IMG/VR virus record: IMGVR_UViG_3300005731_000127
Span: 1 to 64,000 of that record
From: a virus
Strand: one strand, 5' to 3'
Length of the DNA: 64,000 bases
Shown here in pieces: positions 37,940 through 44,436 of this stretch; positions within the stretch are counted from its first letter, which is position 1; each line of letters begins with the position of its first letter. Below the pieces are notes generated by a model. It searched no databases. It saw only the letters and a list, made by a program, of their open reading frames with translations, and had not been told where the DNA came from. The translations under genes and the position numbers were made by a program.

Positions 37940-39589
37940 TTATACTTCTACAAGATGCAGAAGCTCTTGATCCATTGCTGCATTGAACAAGTCCGCAGCA
38001 GTTTCAATTTTTCCGTCCATGATGAATTTCACGTTCGAGGCTGAGTATCCAGACATGTAGAATACGTTTCGTGTATTTCCGAATGTCTCGAATTTAGTTC
38101 CACTTCTTCCTCCATAAAACGAATTAGGGATATTCCATAGTACGATCTTAAACGAGTTAACATAGTCGTCTGAAAATCCCGCGTTTCTTAGCTTTCGCAA
38201 TGCAGACTCTACATTAGTCTTTCCTAAATCTGCCGGATTAAATTCTCCGTCACTGATACACAGAATTCCTTCTGGAAAATCAGCTTCTGGAGTTCCGGAG
38301 TTTAACAAGTCGCAGAAAAGACTGATAACACTTTGGAAGTTTGTTCCGCCATAAGAATTACCTCTGTCGTTATGCCATTTTTCTGATGGCGTTCCGCCTC
38401 TCCATTTTTTCATTGCCGCTTTATTTGCAAATTCAATATAGTGATCAGTAAAATCACCAGTCAAGAATTCGTTGAAGTATAAAGCAATCGCCTTAGAAAC
38501 ATCGTATGATGAATACTTAGTTCCGGTTGCTGTACATTCCATTGATGACGAAGTATCGCGAACAACAATAAATCGAGTTAAGTTTTCGCTATCCTTAGCT
38601 TTATTAACAATTTCGTAAAACTGCTTATCGACAGTCTTTGTGAAATTCGCATCATGGTTAAAATTTAGCTCACAAAGTAGTTCGTGAACATAACCAGTAT
38701 ACTTAACTGTTTCTTCTTTGTCAACCCATCCTGAGTATTTATCTGACAATCCTTGGTTTTTCAAGAATTTGCTTCTAACAAGAAGATTTAATGCACGACC
38801 ATGAATTTTAGCAAAGTCGATCTTGTCAAATTTTGACTGAGAAATCAACTGCTGCCACTCATGAGCGGTTCCGCTAGACTTAAGTTTGCGGTATTTTTTG
38901 TAAGTTCTGCCATCGTTTTTCTTTCCGAATAGCCTAGAACAAATCCACTTAGCAATTTGGTTATTTGCTTCAGCTTCAATTGTTGTAACTTGTGAGTTAG
39001 AACGGATTTGCGGCAAATACTTCTTCATCAAGTTGACTGTTTTGTCATTCTCAAGTAAAGAAAGAAGCAGATCACCGAACCTTGACCAGTTCAAAATACT
39101 ACCAGACCAGTCATGGTAAACCAAGTCAGCACGCAACATCACAATCAGGTCTTTACAAGACCCAGCCGATAAGAAGAGTCCAATGTTTTTCCAGAAAAGA
39201 CTTTCATCTTTTTGGTGCAACCAGATCATTCTCATGATTGATTCGTGCTTGAGTTCCGCACCAGACTGAGCCTCTTTAGTCTTAATGCCCATCCCGATAA
39301 TGTCAGTCTTACGACTAATCATTCTCATGTAGATAGTAAACTTAACAAAAAGTTCCGGATTATCCGCGAACAATACAGAACAATCTTTAGCGATATCGGA
39401 ATATCTACGTGGAGATTTGTATTCTCCAAGCTTACCAAACTGGTCTACATATTCGTTTCCAGTCGTCGAAAATTTTTCCGCACCGTTACCACTTAGTGTA
39501 CGAGCGGAGTTTTTCATTCCGGCGTTGACGAATGAGTTGTTCGAAGTTTGCGTGCTTTTTCTTTTAATTGTTCTCTTTGTGTCAAACAT
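37940..39589 (-). CDS. DUF2828-type protein with C-terminal vWA domain (Ro60/TROVE-like architecture)
   Basis: N-terminal NGA..FSTTGN..VDQF; helical middle; MIDAS-like VVRDTSSSM, GGTNFQSV, ISDGEF, IVLWN, SGYS. Confidence 0.8.
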   Translation of the reverse strand: MFDTKRTIKRKSTQTSNNSFVNAGMKNSARTLSGNGAEKFSTTGNEYVDQFGKLGEYKSPRRYSDIAKDCSVLFADNPELFVKFTIYMRMISRKTDIIGMGIKTKEAQSGAELKHESIMRMIWLHQKDESLFWKNIGLFLSAGSCKDLIVMLRADLVYHDWSGSILNWSRFGDLLLSLLENDKTVNLMKKYLPQIRSNSQVTTIEAEANNQIAKWICSRLFGKKNDGRTYKKYRKLKSSGTAHEWQQLISQSKFDKIDFAKIHGRALNLLVRSKFLKNQGLSDKYSGWVDKEETVKYTGYVHELLCELNFNHDANFTKTVDKQFYEIVNKAKDSENLTRFIVVRDTSSSMECTATGTKYSSYDVSKAIALYFNEFLTGDFTDHYIEFANKAAMKKWRGGTPSEKWHNDRGNSYGGTNFQSVISLFCDLLNSGTPEADFPEGILCISDGEFNPADLGKTNVESALRKLRNAGFSDDYVNSFKIVLWNIPNSFYGGRSGTKFETFGNTRNVFYMSGYSASNVKFIMDGKIETAADLFNAAMDQELLHLVEV

Positions 39590-39620
39590 TTTGTTCTCCT
39601 TGTGAGGTTCCTAAAAAATC

Positions 39621-39674
39621 AGATTACGTTTTATTTTTACCAAAAAAATTTTTATAATTTGCTGATTGTAATCT
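39621..39674 (-). ncRNA. short Y-RNA-like RNA 2 with UGG anticodon-like hairpin
   Basis: Stem AGATTAC/GTAATCT, ATCAGCAAAT, ATTTT-TTTGGTA-AAAAT. Confidence 0.6.
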
Positions 39675-39679
39675 TATAC

Positions 39680-39801
39680 GGATTTCGTTTTTCGTTGCTC
39701 TACCAATTGAGCTACCTCACCTTGAAAGCAAAAGCGATGAGGATTGGACTCGAACCAATAACCTACGGCGTGAAATGCAAATAAATTGCTGTATGAAATC
39801 C
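39680..39801 (-). ncRNA. Y-RNA-like (YrlA-type) RNA 3 with permuted tRNA domain
   Basis: Stem GGATTTC/GAAATCC, ACAGCAAT, TTTCAC, T arm ATTGG-TTCGAGT-CCAAT, loop-closed acceptor CCTCATC/GGTGAGG, D arm GCTC-AATTGGTA-GAGC. Confidence 0.75.
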
Positions 39802-39806
39802 TTTAA

Positions 39807-39891
39807 TACTTCTGGAGGGAGTTGCACCCATTGATATCTACCCCACTGTTTTATATCGCTGGCTTCGTAGACCAGTGTGGGAACCAGAAGC
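39807..39891 (-). tRNA. D-armless tRNA-Arg(ACG)-like
   Basis: Acceptor GCTTCTGG/CCAGAAGT, CTGGT-CTACGAA-GCCAG, long V arm, 3-bp T stem. Confidence 0.65.
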
Positions 39892-39899
39892 AAAAAAAC

Positions 39900-39960
39900 A
39901 AGTCTCATTATTAAAAAATTTTACAGATTTTCTTTTTAAATAATTTGCTGTATGAGACTT
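39900..39960 (-). ncRNA. short Y-RNA-like RNA 4 with GUA anticodon-like hairpin
   Basis: Stem AAGTCTCAT/ATGAGACTT, ACAGCAAAT, AAAAT-CTGTAAA-ATTTT. Confidence 0.65.
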
Positions 39961-39982
39961 TATGCATAGCTAAAGCTACGAG

Positions 39983-40057
39983 TGACACATACGGGAATCG
40001 AACCCGTGAACTTCAGATTGAAAGTCTGAGATTTCTGCCAGCAGAAACTAATGTGCC
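39983..40057 (-). tRNA. tRNA-Glu(UUC)
   Basis: TCAGA-CTTTCAA-TCTGA. Confidence 0.85.
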
Positions 40058-40845
40058 TCATTGTTCTTCTCTAAAAAAATCTTAATCGCCTCAATATCTT
40101 CTACTGAATACGATTTTTGTGGTAATATTCCCATATCTTGTAAAGGAGATATCAAGTCTAAACCAAAGTATTTATTGAGTATTAGTATAATCAATACCCC
40201 CCAAAATGGGTACATGTATTTTTTATTCTCTGTAGTGAATGTTTTTATAGTGTATCCGAAACTGTAGATTAAGTCAACAATTGTTTTTCTATTTACTTGT
40301 TTTTCTGAAATACTTTTTACCGCATCTACTGTTTCGTGAACAAGTTTTAATGATTCGCTCACCTTGTTGTTTGTTTCTATTTGTGTTTTTAGTAGATGGT
40401 AGTTCTTTTCATTTATCTTGTTTACTTCCTCGATCATAGAAAAGTGGGTACTGTCTGAAGGATGAAAACTTACTAAAAAACACTCAAATTCTTCTTCTCC
40501 GCCTTTTGATGGAAATCTTTGCACAAAAATGAATCCAGAAACCGGATAATGTTCTTTATGTCTATAAGTTTTTGAAAACTGATAGGACTGTCTTTCACCC
40601 TTCATGGTCTCTATCGCTAGAGCTGAATCCAGCTTTAGATCATTACTGTTTATAGTTATTTCACTCCACTTGACACCATTTTGATATTCGATATCTGTAT
40701 ATCCAAGCGTACTTTGCCAAGATTTATTACAATAAAGAACCCTTCCGTCAGGTAAAGTTGCAGCCATTGGATGCGTTGTATTGTTTATCCATTCTTCTAA
40801 TAGTTGTCTTTCAGAATTTGATAACCATTTTTTCATTATGTTCAC
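40048..40845 (-). CDS. PAS-domain protein with C-terminal TM helix
   Basis: DGRVLYCNKSWQSTLGYT..SYQFSKTYRHK PAS pattern; TM PFWGVLIILIL. Confidence 0.75.
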   Translation of the reverse strand: MNIMKKWLSNSERQLLEEWINNTTHPMAATLPDGRVLYCNKSWQSTLGYTDIEYQNGVKWSEITINSNDLKLDSALAIETMKGERQSYQFSKTYRHKEHYPVSGFIFVQRFPSKGGEEEFECFLVSFHPSDSTHFSMIEEVNKINEKNYHLLKTQIETNNKVSESLKLVHETVDAVKSISEKQVNRKTIVDLIYSFGYTIKTFTTENKKYMYPFWGVLIILILNKYFGLDLISPLQDMGILPQKSYSVEDIEAIKIFLEKNNEAH

Positions 40846-40864
40846 CTATTTATGTAAAATGTTT

Positions 40865-40886
40865 CTACATATATAGATACGCCATT
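40865..40886 (-). promoter_or_regulatory. putative late-promoter motif AATGGCGTATCTATATAT
   Basis: Second copy of the motif at 14695-14715. Confidence 0.5.
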
Positions 40887-40995
40887 TTTGGTAGCTTGCT
40901 TTTTAATAATTTTTCAAGCTTTTGAGTTTTTTGTCCTTTCAAAAATTTGCTCAAGGTTATTATATCTAGCCTGACGTAGTGGCTCACTGAGTTCG

Positions 40996-41505
40996 TTAGC
41001 TAACTGGGAATAAATTTCCGCGACATATCGAATTGGTGTCTAAAATTGCGATCCCCTTTTTATCCCCTCGAACAACTACTATAATTGAATCACGCGAATT
41101 GTCAATACCAATTATATGATTTTTAGGAATATCACATTTTACTTCTTTATATATTGAGTCCATTTTGGTCTCGTTGTGCAAAATTGTAGATAACTCTCTA
41201 CGTACTGAATTACGTCTAAATCTCAAATTCATTTTTGCTATTAAGTTATTTAAATTTGTAGAATTCTCTTTATGTAATTCTGATGCCAATAATACTACGT
41301 CAAGTAATTTTGTCTCAATATCGTCTATTTTTAACAATGGGACAGTAAAATAATAGCCCGGAGTTGCTATTTTTGCTTCTCCGTCCTCATCAATATACGC
41401 AACTGAATTTTTCTTTTTATGTCCGGGAGCTAACAAATCCAAAGGAAATTCGGGGGTAATAGATTCCTGTATCCTAAGAATTTCAGCAATGTTTAGTATG
41501 CTCAT
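40996..41505 (-). CDS. hypothetical protein
   Basis: 169 aa ORF with AGGA SD. Confidence 0.6.
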   Translation of the reverse strand: MSILNIAEILRIQESITPEFPLDLLAPGHKKKNSVAYIDEDGEAKIATPGYYFTVPLLKIDDIETKLLDVVLLASELHKENSTNLNNLIAKMNLRFRRNSVRRELSTILHNETKMDSIYKEVKCDIPKNHIIGIDNSRDSIIVVVRGDKKGIAILDTNSICRGNLFPVS

Positions 41506-41536
41506 TTTGTTCCTAATTTTGTTAAATTTTTATAAG

Positions 41537-41633
41537 TGTGAACGGCTGGATTCGAACCAACATCTACTTGCCAACTTTAGAGTCAACTTTCGTAGGATGC
41601 CTCCCTAGCGTTTGCCAATTTCGCCACGCTCAC
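41537..41633 (-). ncRNA. tRNA-like RNA with noncanonical central domain
   Basis: Acceptor GTGAGCG/CGTTCAC, Leu-type D arm, T arm; no standard anticodon arm. Confidence 0.6.
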
Positions 41634-41637
41634 TTAA

Positions 41638-41722
41638 TACCGGAGGCGAGATTCGAACTCGCAAGCCTATTACGGCACTGGTTTCTAAGACCAGCGTGTA
41701 TTTCCATTTCCACCACTCCGGC
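41638..41722 (-). tRNA. tRNA-Leu(UAG)
   Basis: CTGGT-CTTAGAA-ACCAG, long V arm. Confidence 0.92.
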
Positions 41723-41728
41723 GTATAA

Positions 41729-41812
41729 TGTCTACGGAGAGACTCGAACTCTCAATCCTCGAAGGCACGAAATTTTAAGTTTCGCGTGTATTGCCATTTC
41801 CACCACGTAGAC
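41729..41812 (-). tRNA. tRNA-Leu(UAA)
   Basis: CGAAA-CTTAAAA-TTTCG, long V arm. Confidence 0.92.
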
Positions 41813-41839
41813 GTTCAAAAAACCCTCTTTATCTGATAG

Positions 41840-41913
41840 TCGGGGTGACAGGACTCGAACCTGCAACCTCTGGTATCCAAGACCAGCCCTCTTCCAATTG
41901 AGACTACACCCCG
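41840..41913 (-). tRNA. tRNA-Pro(UGG)
   Basis: CTGGT-CTTGGAT-ACCAG; CGGGGTG acceptor. Confidence 0.92.
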
Positions 41914-41928
41914 TTATTTAAAAAATGT

Positions 41929-42312
41929 TTATTCTATTATTTTGTTTCTACTATTATAAGTTTCAATTCTATGACAATTAGAGCAAAGCACGATACATTT
42001 TTCAATTTCTTTTTTTATTTTTTCTATAGAATGTCCAGCATTAGCCATTTCCGATACATTAAAAAGTTTTTTAGTTGAGTCCATATGATGAAAATCTAAT
42101 ACTCTGTAATCATCATTTTTGCATTGTGAGCATTCTAAATTTTCTTTATATTTTATATACCAATCTTGTAAAGATTTTTTGCGTTTTTGTTTTTGACTAT
42201 AATAACATTTTTTACAGTAATGCCTCCAATATTTCACACCTTTAATCTTTCCTGCATTAGCAAAATATTCTATATCTTTTGTTTGTTGGCACTTTCTACA
42301 AATTCTTTTCAT
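41929..42312 (-). CDS. HNH homing endonuclease
   Basis: CRKC..CKKC; CSQC..LDFHH..CIVLCSNCHR; sits inside the tRNA array. Confidence 0.85.
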   Translation of the reverse strand: MKRICRKCQQTKDIEYFANAGKIKGVKYWRHYCKKCYYSQKQKRKKSLQDWYIKYKENLECSQCKNDDYRVLDFHHMDSTKKLFNVSEMANAGHSIEKIKKEIEKCIVLCSNCHRIETYNSRNKIIE

Positions 42313-42346
42313 AATTCAGCCCTTACCAAATTAGCCTACACCCAAG

Positions 42347-42421
42347 CACCCCCGACGAGATTTGAACTCGCAATCTCTACATTGACAATGTAGCGTGTTA
42401 GCCTGATTACACTACGAGAGT
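42347..42421 (-). tRNA. tRNA-Asp(GUC)
   Basis: CTACA-TTGTCAA-TGTAG; G73. Confidence 0.85.
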
Positions 42422-42504
42422 ATATTTAATGGACCCGACTCCACCGAAATGACTAGTTAAGGGTTAACGTAATCCATTAATTTAAATTCTAATTTTTAAG
42501 TAAG

Positions 42505-42576
42505 AGGCTGATACAGGATTTGCACCTGTATAACTAATTTACAAGATTAGCATGTTTCTAATTACATCAATCAGCC
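42505..42576 (-). tRNA. tRNA-Thr(UGU)
   Basis: CTAAT-CTTGTAA-ATTAG. Confidence 0.85.
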
Positions 42577-42587
42577 AGTATTATTAA

Positions 42588-42659
42588 TGCTCCCGCCCGG
42601 ATTCGAACCGGGATCGAAGGTTTAAAAGACCCATGTGTTAGCCGTTACACCACAAGAGC
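42588..42659 (-). tRNA. tRNA-Lys(UUU)
   Basis: Loop CTTTTAA; canonical D and T arms. Confidence 0.88.
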
Positions 42660-42847
42660 GTGTATCGCTATATATTTCCTTCCCCTAGCGATCAAGGGGT
42701 GTTATAAAAACAAAGAATACAGTCGTTTCCGATATTTATAGGCTACGTCGCACTTTTTATCACCAGTACCTCACTTTCGTGTCTGGTGTTTATTTGTGTG
42801 TGATGGCTACGGTATTTAGCTTCCTATTACATTAACCTTTGTCTGAG

Positions 42848-42921
42848 CGAAGTGTACGGGATTTGAACCCGCAATCTCTTGATCGACAATCAAGCGTGTT
42901 ACCAGATTACACCAACACTCC
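42848..42921 (-). tRNA. tRNA-Asp(GUC)
   Basis: CTTGA-TTGTCGA-TCAAG. Confidence 0.9.
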
Positions 42922-42941
42922 GTGCGGGATAAAACCCGAAG

Positions 42942-43012
42942 CACCTTAACCCCGATTCGAACGAGGAATTACTGGTTAACAGCCAGTCGTGATACCATTT
43001 CACTACAAAGGT
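42942..43012 (-). tRNA. tRNA-Asn(GUU)
   Basis: ACTGG-CTGTTAA-CCAGT. Confidence 0.85.
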
Positions 43013-43027
43013 GTAAAAAATATTGTA

Positions 43028-43099
43028 TGACTCGTATGGGATTCGAACCCATTTCTTTAAGTTGAAAGCCTAAATGTCCTTCCAGTAGACGAACGAGCC
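43028..43099 (-). tRNA. tRNA-Glu(UUC)
   Basis: TTAGG-CTTTCAA-CTTAA. Confidence 0.88.
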
Positions 43100-43100
43100 G

Positions 43101-43186
43101 TGGCAGATGTCGGTACTGCCCCGACCAACTACTTTCGTAGTAACCAGCTTATGAGGCTGGCGAGAACTCTATGCCTCCCATCTGCG
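43101..43186 (-). tRNA. tRNA-CAU (fMet-like, long V arm)
   Basis: CCAGC-CTCATAA-GCTGG; C1:C72 mismatch; V arm ACTAC-GAAA-GTAGT; aberrant T loop. Confidence 0.7.
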
Positions 43187-43215
43187 TTGTATCATACTTG
43201 CTATCGCAAGTTAAG

Positions 43216-43287
43216 TAGGAATAACGAGAATCGAACTCGTATAGTCAGCTTATGAAACTGATGGATTTGCCATTATCCTATATTCCC
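43216..43287 (-). tRNA. tRNA-CAU (Met or Ile2)
   Basis: TCAGT-TTCATAA-GCTGA. Confidence 0.85.
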
Positions 43288-43290
43288 ATG

Positions 43291-43362
43291 CACCAACGGC
43301 AGGAGTTGCACCCGCCCACCTTGATTTGGAGTCAAAGTCGCCTCTACGGAACATTCGCTGGT
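43291..43362 (-). tRNA. tRNA-Trp(CCA)
   Basis: TTTGA-CTCCAAA-TCAAG; G73. Confidence 0.85.
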
Positions 43363-43369
43363 ATAAAAG

Positions 43370-43436
43370 CGGCCCCACAGGGAGTTGCACCCCGACCATC
43401 CCCGCCGGGACGCTCTATCTATTAAGCTATAGGACC
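43370..43436 (-). tRNA. tRNA-like RNA lacking an anticodon loop
   Basis: Acceptor, D and T arms present; anticodon arm is TCCC-GGCG-GGGA. Confidence 0.6.
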
Positions 43437-43458
43437 AATACTTGCCAAAAGGCAAGAG

Positions 43459-43529
43459 TCGCCGCACATGGAATTGAACCACAATCTTGCTCCCCTCTGG
43501 AGCATGTCCTAACATTGGACGATACAGCG
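43459..43529 (-). tRNA. tRNA-like, noncanonical loop CAGAGGG
   Basis: Cloverleaf intact; no U33. Confidence 0.55.
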
Positions 43530-43633
43530 TAATAGATATGATCATTGATACTTGTTTCCCGTTAGCTTCTTTTGTCGTCACAAAATACTAATTCTAACAT
43601 TGTCTTCCCGCAGAGAAATAATCACACCTACGA

Positions 43634-43711
43634 TACCCGATTGTGGATTCGAACCACCCCTTATAGGATTTGCCTTATCAGAGCAAACTCGCCGCCAGAC
43701 GAACATCGGGT
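43634..43711 (-). tRNA. tRNA-Ile(GAU) with Sec/allo-tRNA-like arms
   Basis: 6-bp D stem with 4-nt loop, 6-bp anticodon stem, loop CTGATAA, 4-bp T stem. Confidence 0.65.
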
Positions 43712-43713
43712 TT

Positions 43714-43808
43714 AACACTGACGGGATTCCATACCCGCATTACCACCTTTTGCGGTGGCGTCCTTGTCTGGCGACCAAACCAGCGGTCAGGATATTAGAC
43801 GACAGTGA
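43714..43808 (-). tRNA. tRNA-like RNA with expanded D loop and 6-nt anticodon loop
   Basis: CCACC-GCAAAA-GGTGG; ~33-nt D loop. Confidence 0.4.
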
Positions 43809-43809
43809 G

Positions 43810-43890
43810 TGGTAGGAGAGGGATTTGCACCCCCACAGTCTTAGACGCTTGATTTACAGTCAAGGGAACTCGCTAATGTTCAGTCCTACC
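43810..43890 (-). tRNA. tRNA-Tyr(GUA)
   Basis: CTTGA-CTGTAAA-TCAAG, V arm. Confidence 0.88.
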
Positions 43891-43913
43891 GTTGATTAGT
43901 TGTTATATAGTTA

Positions 43914-44315
43914 TTATAGCCTAATATTTTCTTCCGTCAACTCTTTTTTATTTAATTTTTTGCGAATCATGTTTGCTTTTAATTGGTATAAGTGGAGTAA
44001 AGGCTTGTAGTACATATATTTCTGAAATTCAGTAATGCATTCTATTAGAGCTTTTTCCTCACACCCAATATGAAAATGAAACTTATCATTGTTATTAAAA
44101 AAATCATATCGGTCGATATTATCAGTGATCTTTATCTCACTAAAATAAGGCTCAATCATAGCTGTTTCATGAATTTCATAAATGGTACGCCTACAATCAT
44201 CATCAGTAAGTTTTTCCCCACAATAATCGCATATTGTGTAGTCGTACGCTTGATGTTTGCCTTCTTTTTTACCTGTAGACTTGTTGTATAGGTCTGCTAA
44301 TTTAAAAATATCCAT
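43914..44315 (-). CDS. hypothetical protein
   Basis: GAGGA SD; CDYC..HIGC. Confidence 0.55.
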   Translation of the reverse strand: MDIFKLADLYNKSTGKKEGKHQAYDYTICDYCGEKLTDDDCRRTIYEIHETAMIEPYFSEIKITDNIDRYDFFNNNDKFHFHIGCEEKALIECITEFQKYMYYKPLLHLYQLKANMIRKKLNKKELTEENIRL

Positions 44316-44341
44316 TAATTAGTCCTCGTCTTTTCCTAAAG

Positions 44342-44426
44342 TGCGGGGCGTGGGAATCGAACCCTAGACCTCCAGATGACACGTTAAGGTCGATAGCTTA
44401 GAAGGCTATTGCCACTGACGCCCCGC
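44342..44426 (-). tRNA. D-armless 9/3 tRNA-Arg(UCU)-like
   Basis: 9-bp acceptor GCGGGGCGT/ACGCCCCGC, ATAGC-CTTCTAA-GCTAT, long V arm, GGG-TTCGATT-CCC. Confidence 0.7.
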
Positions 44427-44436
44427 TTGTCTCATT

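Noticed and set aside
37553-39801. Reading the permuted tRNA halves as fragments of two adjacent broken tRNAs or integration (att) scars
   Set aside because: The halves are mutually complementary in the acceptor stem, sit inside a closing stem with a shared motif, and no integrase is nearby.
39548-39908. ORFs 39548-39784 and 39717-39908
   Set aside because: They coincide with the Y-like RNAs and tRNA-Arg(ACG); no SD or motifs.
41538-43815. ORF-track ORFs 41538-41810, 42187-42393, 43273-43581, 43326-43532, 43552-43815
   Set aside because: They lie across or antisense to tRNA genes and have no protein motifs.
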